A stretch of 38,395 nt of DNA from a virus. The notes below the pieces were generated by a model, which searched no databases, was not told the origin of the DNA, and saw nothing but the letters and a program-made list of their open reading frames with translations. Numbering within the stretch: position 1 is the stretch's first letter; each line of letters opens with the position of its first letter. Below are positions 1 to 8,645 of this stretch, piece after piece. Location: UHGV virus genome UHGV-0217314. One strand, written 5' to 3'. Made by a program: the position numbers and the translations under genes.

Positions 1-173
1 CTGATATACACTTTTGTTTGTTTGACGATAGATCAACATTATTCGGTCATTGTTAATAGCCACTAAATCTAAATATTCAAAAACGTCATCTGGATTTTTT
101 TCTGCCTGATCTTTAAAAAGATCAGTTATCTGAGCATCAATAGATGGTGCTAAAAATTCCTTGAATTTTGTCA
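1..173 (-). CDS. Hypothetical early protein, partial. The ATG is at 173 and the ORF runs off the left edge of the window.
   Basis: Open frame from the ATG at 173-171 to position 1 with no stop. The ATG overlaps the stop of the 174..548 gene (ATGA). The ORF track missed it because it is partial. Confidence 0.4.
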
Positions 174-548
174 TCACTCTTCCTCCTGTTCCAAAGCCCA
201 AGCAATCAATATACTAAGAACTTGATAAAACTCTTCGTCATTTTTCAAATGATCCTTGTAATACCCAGTTGCGTAGGTGGTAAAGGCTAAATGAATTGCA
301 TTGAACTTCGGAATACCATAATTTTCATGATCCTGCTTAACATCATTAACCACAATCTGCTGATTCTCGTTGAGTTGCGGTTGATCTAATTGATACACGT
401 CGCATTTATCAAGATCTAGCACATCAATATGATTACCGAAATGCACGGCGAAACCATTTTTCGGCTCAAACTCGTATTCCCCAAACGTTCTTCGGCCAGA
501 CAATTTAACTTTCAGAAATACTTCTGTATCGTTTTTTAGCAATTTCAT
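174..548 (-). CDS. Hypothetical protein (124 aa)
   Basis: ORF in the early minus-strand operon, translationally coupled to the downstream ORF. No recognisable motif. Confidence 0.5.
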   Translation of the reverse strand: MKLLKNDTEVFLKVKLSGRRTFGEYEFEPKNGFAVHFGNHIDVLDLDKCDVYQLDQPQLNENQQIVVNDVKQDHENYGIPKFNAIHLAFTTYATGYYKDHLKNDEEFYQVLSILIAWALEQEEE

Positions 549-616
549 CTAACTTGCTACTGTATCCAGTTGTTTCAAGTTTCTTTAATTCACTCACATT
601 CATTCCTCGCTTTCTG

Positions 617-1378
617 CTATATCGTCGGATTACTAACTAAACCCATCGCCAGAACTTTATGAAATATGTCCTCTACTAATGCAGCCGGTATATTTGATCG
701 CTCGTTATAGTCTCTACTAAAGCCAGACTTAAACTCAACTTCATTTGGGATAATATCTTTTTTTAGGTCTAAATCTATATTGCTTTTGAATTTAGTAGGT
801 TTTTTAATTGGATAATCATAATTGTTGTAATAAGTGAGATTCTCATAGGGAATCTCAAAGCCTAGAATCTTCTCAATATATTCCCACAAACGGCCATGAG
901 CCGGATTCTCTATGATGTAAACGTTTGGTTGATATCGTTTGATGATTTCAATCGTGTTAAATGCACAAAGCTCGCCATTTATTCGCGTCATTAGTGACTT
1001 TTCTGGCTTGAATTGATACCGATCGTAGTCACTCCTGTATCTGATAGTAAAGCGAGATAAAGGTACTTGCGGCTCAAAGAGTCCATCTCCCTTTTCTTGT
1101 TTCCAACAGGCATTCCCATTATCCATAGCACTTGCCACAGACCAGGATTCACACGGCGGACTTGCAATGATAAGATCTGGATTTGGCAAGCTATCTAAGT
1201 GATCGAATAAAGTATTATCTCCAAACAACCTAGAATAATCTGCTAAGTTCAGATTGATAAAATGATTACTCTTGTTCTTGCGGTCAATTCCAATCGAATA
1301 AATCTCAATATCTTCAAACTTTTTTGCAGCTTTTGAATAACAACCATTTCCGCTGTCGAATAGCGCCCAAACGATCAT
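617..1378 (-). CDS. DNA (cytosine-5) methyltransferase, orphan and phage-encoded (253 aa)
   Basis: Motif I-like LFDSGNGC. PC catalytic motif ASPPCESWSVA (the PCQ-type Cys). The ENP motif (ENV-type, motif VI) appears in IIENPAHGRL. The protein is small, and no restriction endonuclease partner was identified. Confidence 0.7.
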   Translation of the reverse strand: MIVWALFDSGNGCYSKAAKKFEDIEIYSIGIDRKNKSNHFINLNLADYSRLFGDNTLFDHLDSLPNPDLIIASPPCESWSVASAMDNGNACWKQEKGDGLFEPQVPLSRFTIRYRSDYDRYQFKPEKSLMTRINGELCAFNTIEIIKRYQPNVYIIENPAHGRLWEYIEKILGFEIPYENLTYYNNYDYPIKKPTKFKSNIDLDLKKDIIPNEVEFKSGFSRDYNERSNIPAALVEDIFHKVLAMGLVSNPTI

Positions 1379-1420
1379 TGGTGCCCTCCTTTCAGTTTGC
1401 TATTTTGGTGGTTAGTGGAA

Positions 1421-1849
1421 TCAGCTCACACTAATTTCATCAATTTCATAAATGTTGTACCAGTTAGGTAAATATTTGTGCTTTATGAACCAGTTTTGAA
1501 TTAAGTCATCTAGTTCTTCCCTGTGTTCTTTTGTTACATCATCTAAATAGTTTTCGGCAAATTCTCCTCCGTCTTCATAAGCAGCTTCCTGTACACGTTC
1601 TAGTAAATCATCAACGCTGAAAGGTAATCCCGGACAGAACGCTTGTCCCACATAAAAGCTAGTTACAACTTCTTCTGGCGTACTTCCCATTTCATCATCC
1701 AAACACCCGTCTTCTGGATTCTTGTTAAATGTTTGAATTGACTCGATACCAAATTTCACAGCCTCTTCTTTAGTGTCAAAATATTCAGTGGCTTGCCATC
1801 GTTCTTCGTCAACAGAACACATCCATTTTTCGTGCATTTCTTTACTCAT
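1421..1849 (-). CDS. Hypothetical acidic protein (142 aa)
   Basis: ORF with consistent codon usage. No motif recognised. Confidence 0.5.
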   Translation of the reverse strand: MSKEMHEKWMCSVDEERWQATEYFDTKEEAVKFGIESIQTFNKNPEDGCLDDEMGSTPEEVVTSFYVGQAFCPGLPFSVDDLLERVQEAAYEDGGEFAENYLDDVTKEHREELDDLIQNWFIKHKYLPNWYNIYEIDEISVS

Positions 1850-1861
1850 TTTCTTCTCCTC

Positions 1862-2086
1862 CTAGTTGGTAATTTCTTCCAATTGCTGACTTGCCATTTC
1901 ATCATCCAACTGCTCAAACAAAATAGAATAATCATCAATATCCAATTTCTTTGCGATTTCTCCAACCGTCCTAAGTGTGACGCTAGTCCTTTTGCTTTTA
2001 GCAATCATTTGCGTTTTGCTTAAAACAAGATTTTTATTTTTCATATGCCAATCAACGTTTGCCCAGAAAACTTCCGTGATGCCCAT
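1862..2086 (-). CDS. Small putative HTH DNA-binding protein. The ORF-track start at 2125 is probably too long; start refined to Met14.
   Basis: RBS AAGGAG sits 8 nt upstream of the ATG at 2086 (MGITEVFW...). There is an HTH-like segment, LSKTQMIAKSKRTSVTLRTVGEIAKKL. The longer N-terminus would overlap the zinc-ribbon ORF in another frame. Confidence 0.4.
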   Translation of the reverse strand: MGITEVFWANVDWHMKNKNLVLSKTQMIAKSKRTSVTLRTVGEIAKKLDIDDYSILFEQLDDEMASQQLEEITN

Positions 2087-2219
2087 GTTCCCACTCCTTT
2101 GTTTCTTTCCGAACCGCGATTCCATTTCTATTGCAATCCGGGCAGTTGATTGCTACTGCCCGGCCAAATTTATCTTTTCCCCAAATGATACGTTCACCTT
2201 TACATCTGCTGCAGGTCAT
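2052..2219 (-). CDS. Zinc-ribbon small protein (55 aa, CxxC...CxxC). Not in the ORF track.
   Basis: ATG at 2219 is preceded by RBS GAAGGTGA. The translation is MTCSRCKGERIIWGKDKFGRAVAINCPDCNRNG..., with a four-Cys pattern. Confidence 0.4.
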   Translation of the reverse strand: MTCSRCKGERIIWGKDKFGRAVAINCPDCNRNGIAVRKETKEWEHGHHGSFLGKR

Positions 2220-2223
2220 ACGA

Positions 2224-2430
2224 TCACCTTCTCAATTGTTTTGTTTCCAGCAAATGAAGATATACTAACCCGATATCAATCACTTTTTCGTTCATGATTT
2301 CCGCAACCTGTGACGGCTTAAATCCCTTTTCAAACAAATCTTTTGCCTGATTGATTACAGCGATACTCCAATAAAACTTTGCATTTTGTAAGATTATGAG
2401 CTTGTCATCATTCTTCCTCATCTGGATCAC
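2224..2430 (-). CDS. Hypothetical small protein (68 aa), possible HTH
   Basis: ORF. Weak HTH-like segment PSQVAEIMNEKVIDIG. Confidence 0.35.
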   Translation of the reverse strand: MIQMRKNDDKLIILQNAKFYWSIAVINQAKDLFEKGFKPSQVAEIMNEKVIDIGLVYLHLLETKQLRR

Positions 2431-3019
2431 CAGAATCAGCCTTTAAGTTTCTGTCTTGAAAAATCACATCATCTTTGATTTTGCTCCAGGTATCTGCAAA
2501 AGGTGCAAAATATTGGCGAGCAAATTCAATTTGATCAATCAGTGCCGTTTCGGACATTTCCCAATCAGCAGCAACATCATTAATTTTTTCTCCTTGCTCA
2601 AGTTGAATCAGAACGTCACGCGGATTGATAGTAATCTCATCTGGAAGTTCTAACGATACAGCTTTCTTGATGAATTCATCGATCGTATCTTTAGAAACTT
2701 GAATTTCAACTACTTCCACTTCTTCCACGCCGTCGCCGACATCAAGTGATGTTTGCTCTTCTTTTTGCACTTCGACCGTTCCGTCAGCATTTACAATGTA
2801 GTTGACGTTCGGACGTTTCGTTTGTTTGTTGATAGGAAGCTGATAGCCGATAGTTTCGGGCTGGATTGTTACTGATACCGTTTTGCCCAGAAAGTCGCTC
2901 AAATCGTCGTATTTTCCCTTTAAAGAGCCATTGTTCACGACTAGTAATACTTCTACGTTTCCGTTTGATTTGCTCGTTGCTTTTTTTACTTCCGGTCTGA
3001 AATTTACTTGTTTAGTCAT
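2408..3019 (-). CDS. Hypothetical acidic protein (203 aa)
   Basis: ORF with a strong RBS (GGAGG) upstream of the ATG at 3019. Confidence 0.5.
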   Translation of the reverse strand: MTKQVNFRPEVKKATSKSNGNVEVLLVVNNGSLKGKYDDLSDFLGKTVSVTIQPETIGYQLPINKQTKRPNVNYIVNADGTVEVQKEEQTSLDVGDGVEEVEVVEIQVSKDTIDEFIKKAVSLELPDEITINPRDVLIQLEQGEKINDVAADWEMSETALIDQIEFARQYFAPFADTWSKIKDDVIFQDRNLKADSGDPDEEE

Positions 3020-3039
3020 TATGTTTTTCCTCCAATTTT

Positions 3040-3243
3040 TTATAGACGATTACGTCTTGATCTTATTGATTTACCTTTTTCCTTATTCACTCGTTCGTTT
3101 GCTGGCCTTGTCCGCCATCTTAGTTCTAATTTACGAGCCAATTTAACTGCTTTGTCTTCTGTGCCGAAGGTACTGATTTGATACTTCACATTATCGTTCA
3201 CGTCCAAAAACTGAATGTTCCAACCTTTCGGCTGTTCCATCAT
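3040..3243 (-). CDS. Hypothetical basic small protein (67 aa)
   Basis: ORF, 4-nt overlap with the upstream gene. Confidence 0.4.
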   Translation of the reverse strand: MMEQPKGWNIQFLDVNDNVKYQISTFGTEDKAVKLARKLELRWRTRPANERVNKEKGKSIRSRRNRL

Positions 3244-3707
3244 TTCGCCCCCTCGGATTGTTTTTTCTTCCGCCGATCAGTCGCTCGCTTGCGTTGTAGA
3301 CGAGCCGATTCAAAGCAACTCATTTCCTCAAATTTGTTTGTCTTTGAGTTGAATTTCGCAAAAGTTACTGGAAAACCATATCGACTAGCAAACATTTTCA
3401 TTTTGAGCATTGATATTGCATCTTGATAACCTTTGACATCAACTACTTTTTTTACTTTCCCATCTTCATACAAAACGAAATCGGCTCTATAGGTGATTGC
3501 CGCAATTTTTTGACCTTCGCAATAGAAAGAATCCTGTAACAAGACATTTTCTTGCATGGCACAGTAGGTTCCTGATAAAGGCATAAAACTCATGCCTTTT
3601 CGCTTTAAGATTTTGTAATATCTAGCTTCTGCTTTCGAATCAAAAGTGATTCCATCGACTACTATTTTTGTATTTCCATACTTGGCTCTTTTTACTCCTT
3701 CTGCCAT
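3240..3707 (-). CDS. DUF1064-like phage protein (155 aa)
   Basis: N-terminal KYGNTKIVVDGITFDSKAEARYYKILK, then ADFVLYEDGKVKKVVDVKG. This pattern is typical of the DUF1064 family found in phage replication modules. Confidence 0.5.
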   Translation of the reverse strand: MAEGVKRAKYGNTKIVVDGITFDSKAEARYYKILKRKGMSFMPLSGTYCAMQENVLLQDSFYCEGQKIAAITYRADFVLYEDGKVKKVVDVKGYQDAISMLKMKMFASRYGFPVTFAKFNSKTNKFEEMSCFESARLQRKRATDRRKKKQSEGAK

Positions 3708-3709
3708 TA

Positions 3710-4549
3710 CTACACCGCCTTTAACCGCTTATCTGATGTGGTTTCAAACTTAAAAGCAAATCCTTGCGAATTTTTGAAAATACGTGAAACAATCCTTTCC
3801 CCATAAGCGTTTTTCATTTCTTTTCCTGTTAAATTCGTTGTTAAAATTATCGCCTGATTTTGTCTTGCTTCAAGAATTGAATTAAGTGTGTCATTGTTGA
3901 AATTTGTACTGTTTGTGTACGTTGATCCACCCAACTCTGCGCCTAAATCATCAATGACAACTAGATCTGCAGTCTTAATGTCTTTCATTAACGAACCTTG
4001 AATTTCTTTTCTCAATTGCTCGTCGTTAAAAGAGAACTTGATTTGCTCTAATAATTCCCGATAGCTAATAAACAAACATTTTTTGTCGTAGTCTGATTGT
4101 TTGATTATTTCCCAAGTAGCTGCCATAGCCAGATGACTTTTACCGCTTCCGGATTTTCCATTTAAAGCTAAATGCTTAGGTTCTCCATTTAGAACTGCTT
4201 TAACAAAATTTTTAGCAATTGCTGCAGCTGATTCAGTCTCTGCATCAATGATTTTGTAATTATCGAAAGAACAATCAAATAAGCTCTTATCTGTGATTAC
4301 CGAACCATATTTAAAGAAATTAAGTGTTTTACTTTTCAAACTATCGCTATAGATTTTCTCAGTCTGTAAATCTTCTTTACGCTTAAGATCGTAATAGCCA
4401 CAAGCCATACACGTTGGCGCACATCGCTCTGATCCGTCTTTGTTTTTTGCGCGATAAGCATATAGGTTGCCCCCGCACTCTGGACACTTACCACGTACTA
4501 CTAAAACTTTTGGGATCAACAACTCCATGCCTTTTGCTAGACTTTCCAT
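3710..4549 (-). CDS. DnaC/IstB-like helicase-loader ATPase with an N-terminal zinc ribbon
   Basis: Walker A GKSGSGKSHLA. Walker B VVIDDLGAE. N-terminal CPECGG...CMACGYY. Confidence 0.7.
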   Translation of the reverse strand: MESLAKGMELLIPKVLVVRGKCPECGGNLYAYRAKNKDGSERCAPTCMACGYYDLKRKEDLQTEKIYSDSLKSKTLNFFKYGSVITDKSLFDCSFDNYKIIDAETESAAAIAKNFVKAVLNGEPKHLALNGKSGSGKSHLAMAATWEIIKQSDYDKKCLFISYRELLEQIKFSFNDEQLRKEIQGSLMKDIKTADLVVIDDLGAELGGSTYTNSTNFNNDTLNSILEARQNQAIILTTNLTGKEMKNAYGERIVSRIFKNSQGFAFKFETTSDKRLKAV

Positions 4550-4557
4550 ATTTCACC

Positions 4558-5361
4558 TCATATAGGCAAATCATCATATTCATCTGATCCTGTATTTTGT
4601 AATTTGTTGGCTCCACTTGTTGTTCTAGGCTTAACCTTTTGAGCCTTCATTGTGTCGTAGTGCTTTCTTAGACTTGACGGAGACAATATCACATTGCCCC
4701 AAAATTCATGCTGTGTTGCCCAGACAATCATTTCCTGCACATCTTTACCTGTCCGTTCATCTCTTTCGATTGTTAGTCGAATAGTGTTTGCCCAATCATT
4801 CAAGTTTGGTTCCTTGATTTCATGATTTTTTTTAATTAACTTCAAAAAAGTTTTTGCAAGAATTTTATTTGGATCGTCGTCTTCGTAGACACGCTTTTTG
4901 CGTGTGTTACGAGGACTATTATTATTGTTATCATTGTTATTCATTGTTTTATCATTGTTGTTTGTGTGTTTCTGCGTCGTTTCTGCGTCGTTTTGCTGTC
5001 GTTTCTGCGTCGTTTCTTTAGATTCGTAACGTTGATAAAAGTCATAGTTGACAATGGATATAGCCGTTTTTTTACTGTCGCTTTTTCGAATCAACATTTG
5101 ATCATCTTCCAACATTTTTAAAAATCTATTTACTTTGGTGTTTGACCAACCCCATCTTTCACATAACTGTCTTACTGATGTAATAAATTCCCCACGATTT
5201 ACCTCTATTAACTGGCCGTCAAACAAGAATTTATTTTTCTGGTGATTGGCATCCATCAGCAAATCTAGCCATGCTTCATATTTAGAGAAAACTCTTTTTT
5301 CTTGATATACCCAATGCTCCCGGATATTTCGGTGAAGTGCTATCCAGCCTTTGTCTGCCAT
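4558..5361 (-). CDS. Phage replisome organizer / replication initiator (N-terminal replisome-organizer domain), with an N/D-rich linker
   Basis: KGWIALHRNIREHWVY...FSKYEAWLDLLMDANH...RGEFITSVRQLCERWGWSNTKVNRFLKMLEDD matches the Phage_rep_org_N pattern. The gene contains the iterons listed in the next feature. Confidence 0.7.
   Translation of the reverse strand: MADKGWIALHRNIREHWVYQEKRVFSKYEAWLDLLMDANHQKNKFLFDGQLIEVNRGEFITSVRQLCERWGWSNTKVNRFLKMLEDDQMLIRKSDSKKTAISIVNYDFYQRYESKETTQKRQQNDAETTQKHTNNNDKTMNNNDNNNNSPRNTRKKRVYEDDDPNKILAKTFLKLIKKNHEIKEPNLNDWANTIRLTIERDERTGKDVQEMIVWATQHEFWGNVILSPSSLRKHYDTMKAQKVKPRTTSGANKLQNTGSDEYDDLPI
4919..5020. repeat. Candidate phage origin of replication. An AT-rich ATTGTT-type repeat tract is followed by about 4.5 tandem copies of the 11-bp iteron GTTTCTGCGTC.
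   Basis: Directly visible: gtttctgcgtc at 4968-4978, 4979-4989 and 5001-5011. A degenerate copy lies at 4990-5000 and a partial copy at 5012-5016. Confidence 0.5.
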
Positions 5362-5375
5362 CTACTCACCCACCT

Positions 5376-6215
5376 TTACAAGTCGTTCATGTTTGTAAAT
5401 CCGGTTATTCGTTGATTTGCCCGGCAATATTCGCAAGTCCCACAAGCTTCCGGTTGCTCCTCACCCATCTTTATCCGTTGGATGTGTTCGATATTGTCTC
5501 GCAGATTGATCAGCTCGAAAGCCATTTTGTCCTCGTCCAACGTGATCAACTTAGCCTCGCTAGGTGTTTGCTTAGAAACTGCAGCAATAATGGGAACAAA
5601 CTCTTTTCTGTACTGCTGTTTGAGTAGTTCACAATAAACAGCCATTTGTAATACATACCCGAAGTTTTCAATGAAAGTGCATCGTTTACCGTATACTTCG
5701 TTCCATTCGCGCTTATGCATGTCCCGATTAGTTTTGATGTCTACAAAATAGTTGTCTTCGAGATTTAAGCAATCAATCTTACCCTTCCACTCAACACCAA
5801 ATAATTCGCCTGTTACGATCGTTTCTTTCTCGCCTTGATAGAGATTCATGAATGCCTCTTCTTGTTCCAGTCGTTTGATCATTTGCTCGGCTATCTTGAA
5901 ATCTTTCAATAATCCGTAAGGCTTCCTAGAAGAGAACATTTTCTCTTTATTCTCTTCTTTAAAGCGCTCATGTATTTCTGGCGATTCAAAATAAGTGTGA
6001 ACGTAGTTACCGACTAACAAAGCAACCGGATCTGATATTGGCTCCCATTCACCTTTTAATTTAGCCAAAGCTGCTACAGGACATTTGAGAAAGTTTTTGT
6101 ATTGAGATACCGACATGTACTGCCAGTCCGCTTCATTGCCATAGTAATTATCATCAGTGAGCTTGATCTTAGAACGGGTAATCTTCTTCTGGGAGGATTC
6201 CTTCATCATCGACAC
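5376..6215 (-). CDS. PD-(D/E)XK-family exonuclease (Cas4/RecB-nuclease-like, with a C-terminal Cys cluster)
   Basis: GKIDCLN...FVDIKT fits the D...(D/E)XK pattern. C-terminal CGTCEYC cysteine cluster. It pairs with the upstream RecT-like gene. Confidence 0.6.
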   Translation of the reverse strand: MSMMKESSQKKITRSKIKLTDDNYYGNEADWQYMSVSQYKNFLKCPVAALAKLKGEWEPISDPVALLVGNYVHTYFESPEIHERFKEENKEKMFSSRKPYGLLKDFKIAEQMIKRLEQEEAFMNLYQGEKETIVTGELFGVEWKGKIDCLNLEDNYFVDIKTNRDMHKREWNEVYGKRCTFIENFGYVLQMAVYCELLKQQYRKEFVPIIAAVSKQTPSEAKLITLDEDKMAFELINLRDNIEHIQRIKMGEEQPEACGTCEYCRANQRITGFTNMNDL

Positions 6216-7197
6216 CTTCCTCTCTGCCGAAATTTGGAATCAGCCCCAGGTCATCTTGGATTGATTCGACATCGTTTGCCACTTGTTCGATTTCATCAAG
6301 GTCAAGCGGTTCTGGTTCGATTGCTTGTTCTTTCGGTTTTATCAAATCCTCGATCGGAGTCGGTTCTTCGATCGGTTTTTCTTCGATGGGTTCGGCTTGC
6401 TTAATGCCTAACTTTTGCTGTAACTTGTTTTCGATCGCTTGTACCTTCACAGGTTCGGCTTGTTTGATTTCGTGATCATAGTCGCCTTCTGTTGTTCGAT
6501 TGAAAGCATCGGAAAATAGTTCTGCATCGTCACTTGTATTGATGAACTGCTTCGCTGCTCGATTGATTACAGTTCTTTTCGCCATTTCTTCCGGAAAATC
6601 GATTTGCACTGATTTAACTTTCGCCTTCGACCACGATTTATCGATTTGTTTTTTCGTCATAATCGTGTAAACCTTCGTGCCGTCTGACTTTGTAATCGTT
6701 GCAAAAGCCCCGATGATTTCGTTATCCATGTTTTCAAAGCTTGGTTCAAACTCTGTCACTACTGTTTCGTTATCTACTGAACCAATTCTAAAAACATCGC
6801 CTTTTCTAATCACTTCCGCTTTTACGTTTTCGATTTCATCAAGTCTTTTCAATGCTACTTGTGTTCCAAAGTAAGAGCGTGACATTTGAAGCTTTTGACC
6901 ATAAGCAATGAAATAGCATTGGTTCTTTCCGGGATTCAATCCCTGTTGAATCATGTCAAGCAATGAATTGGCAATACTGGCTTTCCCTACTGCTGTATTT
7001 CCGTATTTTTCCATATACAAACCGCCACCCTCGTTGCGGCTTAACTGAACTTCGTTAATTTTGAAGAATGCCTGTTTCAAAGCGTTCGCAACATTGTAAT
7101 TGCTCGGCAGCTGAACCCCTTGTGCTTCTAATTCGGTTACTTTACCCAAAACAACATCGGTAATATCTTTTTGTAGAACTGCCATTTCGTTAGCCAT
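6169..7197 (-). CDS. RecT-like single-strand annealing recombinase with an acidic repetitive C-terminus
   Basis: The core ANSLLDMIQQGLNPGKNQCYFIAYGQKLQMSRSYFGTQVALKRL fits the RecT family pattern. The C-terminal PIEE repeats are encoded by tandem DNA repeats at about 6290-6410. Confidence 0.5.
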   Translation of the reverse strand: MANEMAVLQKDITDVVLGKVTELEAQGVQLPSNYNVANALKQAFFKINEVQLSRNEGGGLYMEKYGNTAVGKASIANSLLDMIQQGLNPGKNQCYFIAYGQKLQMSRSYFGTQVALKRLDEIENVKAEVIRKGDVFRIGSVDNETVVTEFEPSFENMDNEIIGAFATITKSDGTKVYTIMTKKQIDKSWSKAKVKSVQIDFPEEMAKRTVINRAAKQFINTSDDAELFSDAFNRTTEGDYDHEIKQAEPVKVQAIENKLQQKLGIKQAEPIEEKPIEEPTPIEDLIKPKEQAIEPEPLDLDEIEQVANDVESIQDDLGLIPNFGREEGVDDEGILPEEDYPF

Positions 7198-7200
7198 TTT

Positions 7201-7461
7201 CTAAATTCCTCCGATTTCAATTTTTCTGTAATTTTCGTTCACATAGTCCATGATTTGGTCCTCGTGAACTAGCCCTAAATCAGTTGAGTAGACGGTGTCC
7301 CCTTTGTAAAGTGGTTCGCCCTTCCAATCAGAAGCGATTGGTTTTGGATCGATTTCCGGTTGTTGACGAGCACCTAATGAATCGAAATCATTCATTTTGC
7401 CCCTCCTAAAATTCCCAAAATAGTTTGAATCGTCCATCTGCTTCAATAATGTGATCCACAC
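7201..7461 (-). CDS. Hypothetical protein (86 aa)
   Basis: ORF only. Confidence 0.35.
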   Translation of the reverse strand: MWITLLKQMDDSNYFGNFRRGKMNDFDSLGARQQPEIDPKPIASDWKGEPLYKGDTVYSTDLGLVHEDQIMDYVNENYRKIEIGGI

Positions 7462-7630
7462 CTTCTTCTCGTAGCTGAGCTAAAAAAGTCGGTGTCAATC
7501 CCTTACTTGCTGACGATATACTTGTTCTACCCATTCTTGCGGCAGTCAATACTTCACTAACAATTTTTTCTTGTGCGTTCGTTAGCATAGCGGTGTAAAT
7601 ATCGTCATTCAGTCCAGAAACGGAAATCAT
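7406..7630 (-). CDS. Hypothetical protein (74 aa)
   Basis: ORF only. It overlaps its neighbour, so the start is uncertain. Confidence 0.3.
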   Translation of the reverse strand: MISVSGLNDDIYTAMLTNAQEKIVSEVLTAARMGRTSISSASKGLTPTFLAQLREEGVDHIIEADGRFKLFWEF

Positions 7631-7965
7631 TTGAAATCACCTCGAATGATTTGATTTAAAATATCCGGAATGTCTTGGAGATCGTCTATTACGAATGTAT
7701 GTGTATGTTTAGATGTCTCTTCTTCCTCAATATCAAATAAAGCTTTTAACATCCGATGTTTTGAGCAGTCACAATCTAACTTGATTAATTCTTCTTTTAC
7801 TTTGTTGTACTGTTCGAGAACAGCGATTGCGATAAGAGAATCACTTCCTACTTGTGCGAATCCCATATCACCTATAACATCTAGCGTTGCTAAAGATAAA
7901 CTCACATTTTCTTTCTGACATTCTTTTGCCAGTTCTTCGATTAAGTTTTGAATTTTTTCATTCAT
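7627..7965 (-). CDS. Hypothetical protein (112 aa)
   Basis: ORF, 4-nt overlap coupling. Confidence 0.4.
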   Translation of the reverse strand: MNEKIQNLIEELAKECQKENVSLSLATLDVIGDMGFAQVGSDSLIAIAVLEQYNKVKEELIKLDCDCSKHRMLKALFDIEEEETSKHTHTFVIDDLQDIPDILNQIIRGDFK

Positions 7966-8144
7966 TTTGTTATACTCCTTTTGTGTAATGTATTCATTGT
8001 TCGTCTACACTAGCTGGAACTGGTGTAGGCTTTTTTTATATCTCTCATCTCTTGATCTCCCTCAGACGTCTGCCACATTTCTTGCAATATGGACCATTCC
8101 ACGGCTCGCATTTTTTCAATTCCGTAGCATTGATAAGCGTTTTT

Positions 8145-8369
8145 CTATTGCAGCTCTTGCATTGGAACTGATGAGGCTTTTCTTCTATCAGCATTTTCTA
8201 TTCCCCTCCTTAACCGTCTTCTATAAGCAATATCGTCATACTTTATTAGCCACCACATGATTGATACTGGTAATGCAATAAGTGCCCAATCTGGTAATTG
8301 TCGACTACTAAACCAAACACCTAGAAAGAATATGGTGATCAAGAATGCTGATCTTCGTAAACTTTTCAT
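8145..8369 (-). CDS. Small membrane protein (74 aa)
   Basis: Two hydrophobic segments (FLITIFFLGVWF and LIALPVSIMWWLI) followed by a basic tail. Confidence 0.35.
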   Translation of the reverse strand: MKSLRRSAFLITIFFLGVWFSSRQLPDWALIALPVSIMWWLIKYDDIAYRRRLRRGIENADRRKASSVPMQELQ

Positions 8370-8444
8370 AAAATCACTCCTACCTGTTGTATAATCTCCT
8401 TATCAGTCAGTGGTCGGCTGAAATAATCAAAAGGAGATGATTAT

Positions 8445-8645
8445 TTGTTTGTTGATGCAAAAGAGTTTGCTTTAGCTGTTGTTTCTTCCTCTAATCCAAA
8501 TTTGACAATCCAAGAGAAATTTGAATTATACGAAGCAGCTTATTCGCTTGCCGATTCAAAAATTAGGCAAGTAAATGACGAGCGGAAGAAAAAACAACCT
8601 TCGGTTAAAGATAAAATTAACGCTGCAAAACAGTTGGGGCTGTAG
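8445..8645 (+). CDS. Small plus-strand protein (66 aa) embedded in the minus-strand early region
   Basis: TTG start with RBS AAGGAG 8 nt upstream. A TATAAT element lies at 8391-8396. It is convergent with, and overlaps, the 3' end of 8617..8835. Confidence 0.35.
   Translation: MFVDAKEFALAVVSSSNPNLTIQEKFELYEAAYSLADSKIRQVNDERKKKQPSVKDKINAAKQLGL

Noticed and set aside
1793-2297. Plus-strand ORFs (1793..2023, 1977..2297) antisense to the minus-strand early genes
   Set aside because: Low-complexity, Phe/Leu-rich translations typical of the reverse frame of AT-rich coding DNA. No RBS. They overlap well-supported minus-strand genes.
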